Source: Mizuhopecten yessoensis
Lineage: Eukaryota
DNA length: 64,000 nt
NCBI RefSeq assembly: GCF_002113885.1
Contig: NW_018408726.1
Span: 1,154,613 to 1,218,612, forward strand
Direction of reading: 5' to 3'
The notes beneath the pieces are model-generated. The model saw nothing but the letters and a program-made list of their open reading frames with translations, searched no databases and was not told where the DNA came from. A program made the translations under genes and the position numbers. How positions within the stretch are numbered: position 1 is the first letter of the stretch; every line of letters starts with the position of its first letter. Below, in pieces: positions 40,917-53,445 of the stretch.

Positions 40917-41373
40917 GTTTTTTTCAAATTTACTATATAAATGCGTATGATATAAACATGTATCACTGTGATTTTTTATAGTATATGGTTCATGTATATA
41001 TAGGACATGATATAGACAATTTCAAATGAAATGCAGGAATAATTGACTGGACGTTATGGACCGGATGTGACCTGAGGTCATATTAGAATCAATTCACGTG
41101 ACGACTGTGGCAGGTCTTAACTGTACATGTGAGATCATGTTCACCTCCTAGTTTGACACTAGAGGGAAGTAGTTTGACTTCGTTCTTGGTTAAGTGTGTG
41201 TCCTGCCATATTGTATGTCCTCTTTAAAAAAAAAGGTCCATCTTAAATAACCACTTTGGATTGAATAAACAAAATAATTTTACCGGTGAAATATACGGTA
41301 ATTTCAGCTTTGATAAATTCGCTAATGTTTTATTTGAACGGTATCCCATAACACGAACATGGATATTTTTTCG

Positions 41374-41545
41374 CTGTATGCCTGACAGTGTATCTCCCGT
41401 ACTGTATGTCTCACAGTGTATCTCCCGTACAGTATGTCTCACAGTGTATCTCCCGTACAGTATGCCTGACAGTGTATCTCCCGTACTGTATGTCTCACAG
41501 TGTATCTCCCGTACAGTATGCCTGACAGTGTATCTCCCGTACTGT
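41374..41545. repeat. 28-bp tandem repeat, ~6 copies
   Basis: Unit TATGCCTGACAGTGTATCTCCCGTACTG and variant TATGTCTCACAG... Confidence 0.95.
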
Positions 41546-42374
41546 GGCATCTATCCTTAACTCTACATAAATCACTGACGTAACAAGAAAAGTATCATAT
41601 ATCTTTAAGCAATAAAGGTTTACCCGAAGTTGATAGATGCTGTATGACATTCTTAAAGCTTGTCGTGTGTCCGCAGGTCAGATTGCACACCACGTGCTTA
41701 TCTTAATTTCTTTTCATCATAATGAAGATGAGAAAAGTAATTGAAAACCAGATGATATATCAAATAAATATACCCAATTAATTAACGTTTGACCTCTAAT
41801 CACAGAAATAGGTCTTTGTTTTTTATGCAGTTACACATTGCATGCTTTCCACGAGTGGAGTGAATGATATTATTTTATTCATTAGTTCATAGCACGAGTG
41901 TAAAACATGAAATAATAGTCAACCCACAAGTGAATCATCAAAAAGTCAAAATGATTTTGCTGTAGATCGTCTATCATCATTAACTTTAACATCATAAATT
42001 ATTTCCAATAAAAATTTAACGTCTATATTTCAGAATATCCTTCTGTAATTTTACATTGAATGTGGTGTTGTATGCTAGGAAATGTTGACGATGAGTCTCG
42101 CCTTATTAATGACGTAGTCATTAGCAGAGACGTGTGTAAATTGACAAGTATAAAACAGGTTTGTTCAAAAAGAACACGCCTACAAACCGAACGGTTGTTT
42201 CAGCGTGTCACTCACTGTATCTGGCTCGTCGATTGGTTGATAGAACGTTTGAGGTCGATGTCGTCCTTGATATCTTTTTCGGAGACTTATTGTTTGCGCG
42301 CATTGTCAACTTAAGATTACGCATACACGTATTTGGAAATGTGAAATTTACATTGCATGTACATGTTTCAAACC

Positions 42375-42865
42375 ATGTCTCACGCATAGGAAAACACCTT
42401 AACAGATTAGGCAAACTTACAATATACCATTCATTTATTCTCTCAAAATTTAATTTCTGTCCATTTACATGGCACTTTTGCGGTGAGACAAACATACAAA
42501 AAATGGAAAAAAATCCAAGAAAGGGCTCTAAAATTTATTTACGATGAACACCAAAATACATATGAAAATTTACAAGCCCGTTCAAAAATACCATCACTCA
42601 AAATCAGACGACTCAGAAATTTTGCAATAGAAATATTTAAGATCACAAATAAACAGACGCCAACATACCTACACGACCTTATCAACATCACAGAAAAATC
42701 ACACACATTCAGATATCACAACACAGCAGATATACCACATGTTAGGTCTACAAAGTATGATAAACACTCATTTCGATCTGAAGCACCTAAATTAGAGCTA
42801 ATGTTGTATTGTTTTTAACCATACCGACGTTAAATAAAACTTTTGATTTGATTTGATTTGATTTG
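42375..42865 (+). mobile_element. 5'-truncated LINE (CR1/L2 group) ORF2 C-terminus with (GATTT)n tail
   Basis: LTIYHSFILSKFNFCPFTWHFCG, then frameshifted KIQERALKFIY...LKIRRLRNFAIEIFK...SFRSEAPKL; AATAAA followed by (TTTGA)n. Confidence 0.9.
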
Positions 42866-44056
42866 AGCTCAACTCATATAACAGTACAATACAATACAAC
42901 AATAAAGATATTTGATTGTATATCGGATATCAATTTTCTTTTCGAAACAGCAAACACCTCTAAAATTGTAACCAACATAAAAACTGTTGGTCTGATAGAA
43001 AAGATATAACTACCCATAGTGTCTTTTACATTCAAGTTTACGTTTGTCTTTAACCATTTCGTTCGTTTGATGTATTTTCCTTTTATATTACTTATCTACT
43101 TTGTATTGGCCCTAGTTACCTCTTTTGTGTTGATGGCCCGTTCAGAATCTGATAATAATAGCAATAATAATATAATGTGTTATGTGTCCCTTTTTATTAA
43201 AAGCTCAAGGTGAAGTTTAGAGATAATGAAATTCAATTTAATTTAATATCTATATACAGTTATATATGCCAGTGGTAACCATGTCACCCCTTCTGGGTAA
43301 AGTTATTAATTTTCTACGAACTCATTATAAGGCAACTTCGTTACTTGTTCATACCTTTTTATGAAAATATTTAAGTATTGTAATTCTATTTTTTCTTCGG
43401 GTTTGATAATTTGTATTCATTAAATTAACTTAATTAATGCCATTACGTTTTACATATTTTTTTTGGGTTGTCTTTAAGCTTTTAGATACTTATTATTTTT
43501 AATGTGTAATATAGCGAACGTCTGCTCGGGTTTCGGCCCTGGGCCTAGCATTTCATTCAAAATATGCCATCAAGCAGAAGGGGCATTGTCGTTCATCGTT
43601 CTCATAACAAAACATTTAAGATAATAATGATTAAAGGAATTTAGATATTATAGTTTCATCTGATGAACTATTTAAATTTTATAAATCATTCAAATATGTT
43701 AATTCTTTTTTTCTTGACACTGAACTCACTTGACAGTGTCATATATATATATGTTATATAGGATCTACGGGCATAGTTTTAATAACATATCAAACATGGA
43801 AGATAAATTATTTGTGTTAGGGGCATTATTAAAACACCTGTTTGAGGGTTCGTCTTTCATGCCACGTTAACAAAATGATATTTTTGAATTACTTTCGCTT
43901 TATCAACATCCTCGTACACGACATTCTGCAGTCGGATAGTTATAGACTATACTGTATTGTATTTTTATGATATGTTAATTAAGGGGTTTTATGCGTCTGT
44001 CCATCTGTTTCAACAGTAGTTTAAACTATTTAAATTTACAACGTTTAGGCCCATAT

Positions 44057-44098
44057 CATCACTGATGAGTCCTAAAAGGACGAAACAGCTGTATGGTG
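44057..44098 (+). ncRNA. Minimal type I hammerhead ribozyme
   Basis: CATCA-CTGATGA-GTCCT AAA AGGAC-GAAA-CAGCT-GTA^-TGGTG: complete core, 5-bp stems I and II, palindromic stem III (ACAGCTGT), predicted cut after A44093. Confidence 0.85.
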
Positions 44099-44108
44099 CG
44101 GTGTACAT

Positions 44109-44304
44109 AATATGGCGTGTCAAACGTTCGAATATTCAATAATTTTATATTTATGTTCGAAATTTTATATTTGTATTCAATAATTGTAAATATTTGTATT
44201 CAATAATTGTAAATATTTGTATTCATATTCAATAATTGTAAATATTTGTATTCAATAATTGTAAATATTTGTATTCAATAATTGTAAATATTTGACACGC
44301 CATA
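44109..44304. mobile_element. MITE with TA TSD and internal 23-bp tandem repeats
   Basis: TATGGCGTGTCAAA / TTTGACACGCCATA perfect inverted repeat; interior (TTGTATTCAATAATTGTAAATAT)n. Confidence 0.85.
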
Positions 44305-45150
44305 TGTGAAATGTATTTCCGGCTTAATTTATTAGAAAATTTTAAAGGTTCAAACACATTTTGAAAGAAACGACATCCTTTTGAAGCTTAAAAAGAGATG
44401 TTGAATTCCGTGTGTTGTTTTCAAAGAGCTGCGTTCAGTCAAGATAATATAAATGTTCACATTTGTCGTATATTTATCCTTGTGTTCTGAGAGTATTATT
44501 CCCATTGTCCATACTAGTATCAGTGTGTTGTATACAACGTTATATTAGACTGTATCAGGGGATAGAACGGTTTGTCCTAGCTAGTTCTATTTAGGGAAAT
44601 ACTGTATAATTATTCCCACATTATACAAAGGATAAAATTTGCTATGGAATTGGGACAATGGATAAGACATGAAGAAACAATGCTATGACATTTATCACTT
44701 GAGTTCGCCCAAGCCCTACAGTTACATAGACAAATAAGGACAACACACACTGCTCCAGCATCACACCCAACAGAACAATCTGCTCATCTAAATAATATTA
44801 ACATAGTCCGCGCGCTAGCACGCGTTTTATATCAGGAATGTTGGATCAGAAATATAGATTATGGCCATGTATGTTAAGGTTTACCTGGACTCTAAAAGCA
44901 CTAACGTATTCAGATATGTGTAACGTGATGAAATGTCAGGTAAACCATCATCATTCAAATAGTTTGCCCCAGTTTTATCGATTTTGTGTTCGTGTTATGA
45001 TTTTGTTGACATTTTTTTGTTTTTATGTACATGATTTGTATATAAAGAAATCATTTCGTATTGTATTTTTTGATTGTGCTTATAATTATGTTGGTCTTTA
45101 GTATCTCCGAAACATTTTTGTTTAAACCCTCGGAAGTTAGAGAAATGATA

Positions 45151-45216
45151 GTTTGTGAACCGCTTTGAGACGACCTACGAACTAGGTCTATGTAAGAACC
45201 TCGAATTATTATTATT
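45151..45216 (+). mobile_element. Retroelement 3' tip with (ATT)n tail
   Basis: GTTTGTGAACCGCTTTGAGACGACCTACGAACTAGGT...AAGAACCTCGAATTATTATTATT; inverted copy at 45838-45920. Confidence 0.7.
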
Positions 45217-45466
45217 TTTATTATAGTCGAAATATGGATAAGAAAAATGAAAAAGGGACTCCACTGTACTTCCGTAAATGTATATGTATACGTAGGTATG
45301 TGCCTGTTTCTACTGTAGGACTACATTGCTTTATTCATGGTTCAGTGTATAAATTGCAACCAATTAGATAGTAATGAAGCTTTAAAGTTCATTATATGCA
45401 GAGTTGTAGTCGAATAATTCTTAACCGGATTCCAAACAAATCGGTAACACGCGTTTCCTTGTCCAG

Positions 45467-45674
45467 TTTGTTTGGTTTTGTTTGTTTGTGTTTTAAGGAC
45501 GTGCCAGGTTGTGGTGGTGGATGAAAGCCGGAGTTCCCGGAGAACAAACCATCGAACGACGGCTAGTACCTGGCGCCTACTCCACGGAGGTCTCGAACCC
45601 ACGACCAAGTGGTGGAGGGTTAGTGGTAGCAGAATGTCAGACGCTTTAACCAATTGGCCACCGTACTGGGCCCT
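45467..45674 (-). mobile_element. tRNA-derived V-SINE-like element with 8-bp TSD
   Basis: A box GGTGGCCAATTGGTTAAAG, B box GGTTCGAGACC, V-like TTCTCCGGGAACTCCGGCTTTCATCCACCA, (AAAC)n tail; TSD TTGTCCAG at 45459 and 45675. Confidence 0.85.
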
Positions 45675-45837
45675 TTGTCCAGACGTATAGAACTGTAACT
45701 CCTGAGCAGAATGCAATCAATGATAAGATTATATTTTTCAGTAATTTTGACAAATAATTCATATATATAGAGAGAGATTTCATGTTTCTTCTTCGATTTT
45801 GACGGGTATATTTTCAATAAATGGAATTGCCAAAAAT

Positions 45838-45920
45838 TAATAATAATAATAATTGGAGGTTCTTATATACCGCTTTATCACAACCTAGTTCGTAGGTCGG
45901 CTCAAAGCGGTTCACAAACC
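45838..45920 (-). mobile_element. Retroelement 3' tip, inverted relative to 45151-45216
   Basis: AATAATAATTGGAGGTTCTTAT...ACCTAGTTCGTAGGTCGGCTCAAAGCGGTTCACAAAC. Confidence 0.7.
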
Positions 45921-46544
45921 GGTTTCGACCGACTATTTCCAACATAATGACTATGACGTCACACTTGTAATAACGTCAAGTCTAATTATCACACCAGCAT
46001 AAATCACAGCTGGTTTTTGTACAGCTTATATAGTGACAATGCAGAACAATATTAAACATTATGTAATGTTTAACATTTAATCAATTTTATACGTGTGTTT
46101 GTTTCATTGTGATATATTTATGTTGGCTTCCATATTTCTGGCAATACATGACGAAATGTCAAATTCGTTGATTCACATTAATTGTGATGTCTACCTGATA
46201 ACAGTGAGTGAAAGTGTATCGCCACATCATACATTGGATGTTAGATATGCCTGCTGTCATTTTACACCCACTCATTTACATCTTATATATGAACGAGATT
46301 GACGGTGCTTGACAAATATGACAATTTAAAACATTAACAGAAAGCAAATTTTTAACTTTGTATTCTTACTAGGAAGAAAAAGGAAATGGTTATTTGTAAA
46401 AGTGCTTTATCAATAGGCTTGAATTGTGATAGAGTTGATCCCAGTCAGGCTTATCTTTGTTTGCCAAGTTTCTGAGAATATGAAAGAAAAACAATCGACC
46501 AGTCTTTCATCCATCGTCAAATATCACTATTCTCGGTGGTTGTC

Positions 46545-46656
46545 GGAGTGTCCAGGGCAGGTAGCGCCGGAGGAGAGGGAGGGTAGGGGAGAAACGAAAG
46601 CTAGAAAACAAATTCTACAAAGCCATACAAGCAATCTCCCGTGTTCTGGACACTCC
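46545..46656. mobile_element. Small MITE-like element
   Basis: Perfect 11-bp inverted repeat GGAGTGTCCAG / CTGGACACTCC around a purine-rich interior; no clear TSD. Confidence 0.4.
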
Positions 46657-46999
46657 TTTTAGATTGATTTTAACAGGTAAAATACTATTTTTATATGAAT
46701 AATATTAAATTATGTGTTTAATTAAATTGTTCTTGATTTACGACAATACTTGAGATTGGTGAATGTGTATAGACAAAACATAACAACACTATCTTATCAG
46801 AATAAACTTTTCAAGATTGGTTTTATTTATTTATTTTATGATTGATACGGACAGTCCATATTAATCATAAAAATGGAAATAAATAAAAAGATATGATGAA
46901 AACAAAATTTGAAAATTTGTGTATGTGCTTGAGCATACATGTGAGGTATCCCACTGTATAAGATACGATGGTTGTCTAGTAACCTATAGACTTAAGTAT

Positions 47000-49900
47000 C
47001 TTCTAACCCGTACATTTTAATGTCAGGTTGATTTATTCTAGTACCTTATAAATTTTAGTGTAATGTAGATGTATTCTAGTAACTCGTACATTTTAGTGTA
47101 AGTTTGATATTTTCTAGTAACTCATACATTTTAGTGTAAAGTGGATGTGTTCTATTAACTCGTACATTTTAGTGAAAGTTTGCTTTTTTCTAGTAACTCA
47201 TACATTTTAGTGTAAAGTGGATGTGTTCCAGTAACTCGTACATTTTAGTGTAAGTTTGATATTTTCTAGTAAATCATACATTTTAGTGTAAGGCGCATGT
47301 ATTCTAGTTACTCGTACAGTTTAGTGTAAAGTGGATGGATTCTAGTAACTCGCACACTTTAGTGTAAGGTGGATGTTTTCTAATAAGTCGTACATTTTAG
47401 TGTAAGTTGGATATTTTCTAGTAACTCATTCATTTTAGTGTAAGTTGGATGTTTTCTAGTAACTCATACATTTTAGTGTAAAGTGGATGTGTTCTAGTAA
47501 CTCGTACATTTTAGTGTAAGGTGGATGTATTCTAGTTACTCGTACAGTTTAGTGTAAAGTGGATGTATTCTAGTAACTCGCACACTTTAGTGTAAGGTGG
47601 ATGTTTTCTAATAAGTCGTACATTTTAGTGTAAGTTGGATATTTTCTAGTAACTTGTACATTTTAGTGTAAGGTGGATGTATTCTGGTAAATTGTACATT
47701 TTAATGTAAGTTGGATATTTTCTAGTAACTTGTACATTTTAATGTAAGTTGGATGTGTTCTAGTAACTCGCACACTTTAGTGTAAGGTGGGTGTATTCTG
47801 GTAAGTCGTACATTTTAGTGTAAGTTGGATATTTTCTAGTAACTCATACATTTTAATGTCAGGTGGATGTGTTCTAGTAGCTCATATATTTTAGTGGAAG
47901 TTGGATGTGTTCTAGTAACTCGTACATTTTAGTATAAAGTGGATGTGTTCTTGTAACTCATACATTTTAGTGTAAGGTTGATGTTTTCTAGTAACTTGTA
48001 AATTTTAGTGTAAGGTAGATGGATTTTAGTAACTCGTACATTTTAATGTAAGTTGGATGTTTTCTAGCAACTTGATAATTTTTGTGTAATGTTGTTGTAT
48101 TCTAGTAACTTGTAAATTTTAGTGTAATGTAGATGTATTGTAGTAACTAGTACATGTTAGTGTAAGGTGGATGTATTCTAGTAACTAGTACATATTAGTG
48201 TAAGGTGGATGTGTTCTAGTAACTCGCACATATTAGTGTAAGGTGGATGTATTATTGTAACTCGCACATATTAGTGTAAGGTGGATGTATTCTTGTAACT
48301 AGTACATGTTAGTGTAAGGTGAGTGTATTCTAGTACCTCGTACATTTTAGCGTCAGGTGGATGTATTCTTGTAACTCATACATTTTAGTGTAAAATGGAT
48401 GTTTTCTAGTAATTCGTACATTTTAGTGTCAAGTGGATATATTCTAGTAACTCATACATTTTAGTGTAAAGTGGATGCATTCTAGTAACTCGTACATTTT
48501 AGTGTAAGGTGGATGTATTCTAGTAACTCATACATTTTAGTGTTAAGTGTATATATATTCTAGTTACTCGTACATTTTAATGTAAGTTGGATGTTTTCTA
48601 GCAACTTGTAAATTTTAATGTAAGGTTGATGTATTCTAGTGACTCGTACATGTTAGTGCAAGGTGGATGTTTTCTAGTAACTCGTACATTTTAATGTAAG
48701 TTGGATGTTTTCTAGCAACTTGTAGTACAGTTTAGTGTAAAGTGGATGTATTCTAGTAACTTGTAAAATTTAGTGTAAGGTAGATATTTTCTAGTAACTC
48801 GTACATTATTTTAATGTAAGGTTGATGTATTCTAGTGACTCGTACATGTTAGTGCAAGGTGGATGTTTTCTAGTAACTCGTACAGTTTAGTGTAAAGTGG
48901 ATGTATTCTTGTAACTCATTCATTTTAGTGTAAAATGGATGTTTTCTAGTAGTTCGTACATTTTAGTGTCAAGTGGATATATTCTAGTAACTCATACATT
49001 TTAGTGTAAAATGGATGTTGTCTAGTAACTCGTACATTTTATTGTAAGGTGGATGCATTCTAGTAACCCGTCCATTTTATTGTAAAGTGGATACATTCTA
49101 GGAACTCGTACATTTTAGCGTAAGTTGGATGTGTTCTAGTAACTAGCACATTTGAGTGTAAGTTGGATGTTTTCTAGTAACTTGTAAATTTTAGTGTCAG
49201 GTGGATGTATTCTGATAACTCGTACATTTTAGTGTAAAGTGGATGTGTTCTAGTAACTCGCAGACTTTAGTGTAAGGTGGGTGTATTCTGGTAAGTCGTA
49301 CATTTTAGTGTAAAATGGATGTTGTCTAGTAACTCGTACATTTTATTGTAAGGTGGATGCATTCTAGTAACCCGTCCATTTTATTGTAAAGTGGATACAT
49401 TCTAGTAACTCGTACATTTTAATGTAAGGTGGATGTTTTCTAGCAACTCGTATATTTTAGTGTAAGGTGGACGTATTCTAGTAACTCGTACATTTGAGTG
49501 TAAGTTGGATATTTTCTAGTAGCTCGTACATATTAGTGTAAGTTAGATGTGTTCTAGTAACTCGCAGACTTTAGTGTAAGGTGGGTGTATTCTGGTAAGT
49601 CGTACATTTTAGTGTATAATGGATGTTTTCTAGTGACTCGTACATTTTAGTGTAAGTTGGGTGTGTTCTAGTAACTCGCACATTTGAGTGTAAGTTGGAT
49701 ATTTTCTAGTAGCTCGTACATATTAGTGTAAGTTGGATGTGTTCTAGTTACTCGCACATTTGAGTGTAAGTTGGATATTTTCTAGTAGCTCGTACATATT
49801 AGTGTAAGTTGGATGTGTTCTAGTAACTAGCACATTTGAGTGTAAGTTGGATGTGTTCTGTAACTCGCACATTTTAGTGTAAGTTGGGTGTGTTCTAGTA

Positions 49901-51310
49901 ACTCGCACATTTTAGTGTAAGTCGGATGTTTTCTAGTAACTCGTAGATTTTAGTGTAAGTTGGATGCATTCTAGTAACCCGTACGTTTTATTGTAAAGTG
50001 GATACATTCTAGTAACTCGTACATTTAAGTGTAAAGTGGATGTATTCTAGTAATTCGTACATTTTAGTGTAAGGTGGATGTTTTCTAGCAACTTGTAAAT
50101 TTTAATGTAAGGTGGATGTTTTCTAGTAACTCGTAGATTTTAGTGTAAGTTGGATGCATTCTAGTAACCCGTACATCTTATTGTAAAGTGGATACATTCT
50201 AGGAACTCGTACATTTTAGCGTAAGTTGGATGTGTTCTAGTAACTAGCACATTTGAGTGTAAGTTGGATATTTTCTAGTAACTCGTACATTTTAGTGTAA
50301 GGGGGATGTATTCTAGTAACTCGTACAGTTTAGTGTAAGGTGGATGTATTCTTGTAACTCATTCATTTTAGTGTAAAATGGATGTTGTCTAGTAACTCGT
50401 ACATTTTATTGTAAGGTGGATGCATTCTAGTAACCCGTACGTTTTATTGTAAAGTGGATACATTCTAGGAACTCGTACATTTTAGCGTAAGTTGGATGTG
50501 TTCTAGTTACTCGCACATTTGAGTGTAAGTTGGATATTTTCTAGTAGCTCGTACATATTAGTGTAAGTTAGATGTGTTCTAATAACTCGTGTAAGGTGGA
50601 TGTATTCTAGTAACTTGTAAATTTTAGTGTAAGGTAGATATTTTCTAGTAACTCGTACATTTTATTGTAAGGTGGATGCATTCTAGTAACCCGTACATTT
50701 TATTGTAAAGTGGATACATTCTAGGAACTCGTACATTTTAGCGTAAGTTGGATGTGTTCTAGTTACTCGCACATTTGAGTGTAAGTTGGATGTGTTCTGT
50801 AACTCGCACATTTTAGTGTAAGTTAGATGTATTCTAGTAACTCGTTCATTTTAGTGTAAGTTGGATGCATTCTAGTAACCCGTACATCTTATTGTAAAGT
50901 GGATACATTCTAGGAACTCGTACATTTTAGCGTAAGTTGGATGTGTTCTAGTAACTCGTACATTTTAGTATAAAGTGGATGTGTTCTTGTAACTCATACA
51001 TTTTAGAGTAAAATGGATGTTTTCTAGTGACTCGTACATTTTAGTGTAAGTTAGATGTATTCTAGTAACTCGTTCATTTTAGTGTAAGTTGGATGTGTTC
51101 TAGTAACTCGCACATTTTAGTGTAAGTTGGATGTGTTCTAGTAACTCGCACATTTGAGTGTAAGTTGGATGTGTTCTAGTAACTCGCACATTTTAGTGTA
51201 AGTTGGATGTTTTCTAGTAACTCGTACATTTTAGTGTAAGGTGGATGTTTTCTAGTAACTCGTAGATTTTAGTGTAAGTTGGATGCATTCTAGTAACTTG
51301 TAAATTTTAG
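47000..51310. repeat. 38-bp satellite array, ~110 copies
   Basis: Consensus TCTAGTAACTCGTACATTTTAGTGTAAGGTGGATGTAT. Confidence 0.98.
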
Positions 51311-51699
51311 TAATCAATGTGTTAGATTGATGATTTCTTCTGTAACAGCGTGGATGCTATCTATTAACCAATAGCCTATAGCATTATACATGTCTGTAGA
51401 TATGACCCACCGACTTGTTATATAGCCTAGCGATTCTCATAATGTGTTGTTTATATGTGATATCTATGTAGTAACATTAAGATTATCATATTCAATGTGT
51501 TGTGTATCAAATAGACGCTATCTGGTACGTCAAACACAGGTTTTCCTCATGTAACATATGGTTGTAGTCCAGGAACCAACAGACTTCAGTATCAACTGTG
51601 TAACATAAAGTCTTAATTAATTAATGTGTCAGACAATGATGTTAGCTAGAAACTAATTGACTAAGAGTTTATTTTGCTATCCATTGTACATGGACACAA

Positions 51700-53445
51700 T
51701 GATATTATGTAGTAACCCAGTAACTTACGTGTTCTATTTAATACATTTATATTATATAGTAGCCCAGCGACTTACGTGTTCTATTTAACACATTTGTATC
51801 ATGAAGTAGCCCAGTGACTTACGTGTTCTTTATTTAACACATTTGTATCATATAGAAGCCCGGTGACTTAAGTGTTTTATATTTAACACATTTATATCAT
51901 GTAGTAGCCAAGTGACTTACGTGTTTTATATTTAACACATTTATATCATGTAGTATCCAAGTGACCTACGTGTTCAATGTTAATCTCATTGATATTTTCA
52001 AGTAGCCAAGTGACTTACGTGTTCAATTTTTAATACATTTATATTATCTAGTAGCCAAGTAACTTACGTATCTTATATATTTAACTCATTTATAGTATCT
52101 AGTAGCCCAGTGACTTACGTGTTTTATATTTAACACATTTATATTATGTAGTAACCCAGTGACTTACGTGTCCAATATTTAACACATTTATATCATGTAG
52201 AAGCCAAGTGACATGTGTTTTATATTTAACACATGTATATCATGTAGTAGCCCAGTGACTTATGTGTTTAATATTTAACACATTTATAGTATCTAGTAGT
52301 CAAGTGACTTACGTGTTCAATGTTAATCTCATAGATATTTTCAAGTTACAAGTGACTTACGTGTTCAATTTTTAATAATGTATATCATGTAGTAACCCAG
52401 TGACTTAAGTGTTCAATATTTAACACATTTATATTATCTAGTAGCCCAGTGACTTACGTGTCCAATATTTAACACATTTATATTATGTAGAAGTTCAATG
52501 ATTTATGTGTATTATATTAAACACATTTATATTATGTAGTAACCCAGTGACTTACGCGTTCAATTTTTAATACATGTATATCATGTAGTAATCCAGTGAC
52601 TTAAGTGTTCAATATTCAACACATTTATATCATGTAGAAGCCCAGTGACTTACGTGTTCAATTTTTAATACATGTATATCATGTAGTAATCCAGTGACTT
52701 AAGTGTTCAACATTCAACACATTTATATCATGTAGAGGCCCAGTGACTTACGTGTTCAATTTTTAATACATGTATAACATGTAGTAATCCAGTGACTTAC
52801 GTGTTCTTTATTTAACACATTTGTATCATATAGAAGCCCAGTGACGTATGTGTTTAATATTTAACACATTTATATTATATAGTAGTCAAGTGACTTACGT
52901 GTTCAATATTTAACACATTTATATTAATTAGTAACCCAGTGACTTATGTGTTTAATATTTAACACATTTATATCATGTAGAAGCCAAGTGACTTAAGTGT
53001 TTTATATTTAACACATATATATCATGTAGTAGCCAAGTGACTTACGTGTCCAATATTTAACACATTTATATCAACATTTATGGGAATGGCATCAACTGGT
53101 TCAACCGTTGTTAGTATAATCATATAGAAGCCCAGTGACGTATGTGTTTAATATTTAACACATTTATATTATATAGTAGTCAAGTGACTTACGTGTTCAA
53201 TATTTAACACATTTATATTAATTAGTAACCCAGTGACTTATGTGTTTAATATTTAACACATTTATATCATGTAGAAGCCAAGTGACTTAAGTGTTTTATA
53301 TTTAACACATGTATATCATGTAGTAACCCAGTGACTTATGTGTTTAATATTTAACACATTTATAGTATCTAGTAGTCAAGTGACTTACGTGTTCAATATT
53401 TAGCACATTTATATTATGTAGTAACCCAGTGACTTATGTGTTTTA
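51700..53445. repeat. 49-bp satellite array, ~35 copies
   Basis: Consensus GTAGTAACCCAGTGACTTACGTGTTCAATATTTAACACATTTATATCAT. Confidence 0.97.

Noticed and set aside
40274-40966. 230-aa Gly/Lys/Arg-rich ORF and antisense ORFs
   Set aside because: Translation of a 26-bp minisatellite whose unit is not a multiple of 3
43520-43560. Minus-strand GGCCC-A-GGGCC-GAAAC resembling hammerhead stem II
   Set aside because: Lacks the CUGANGA core and a pairable stem III with cleavage triplet; at best a dead relic
45590-45674. tRNA gene
   Set aside because: A and B boxes belong to a SINE head with tail and TSD; no complete cloverleaf
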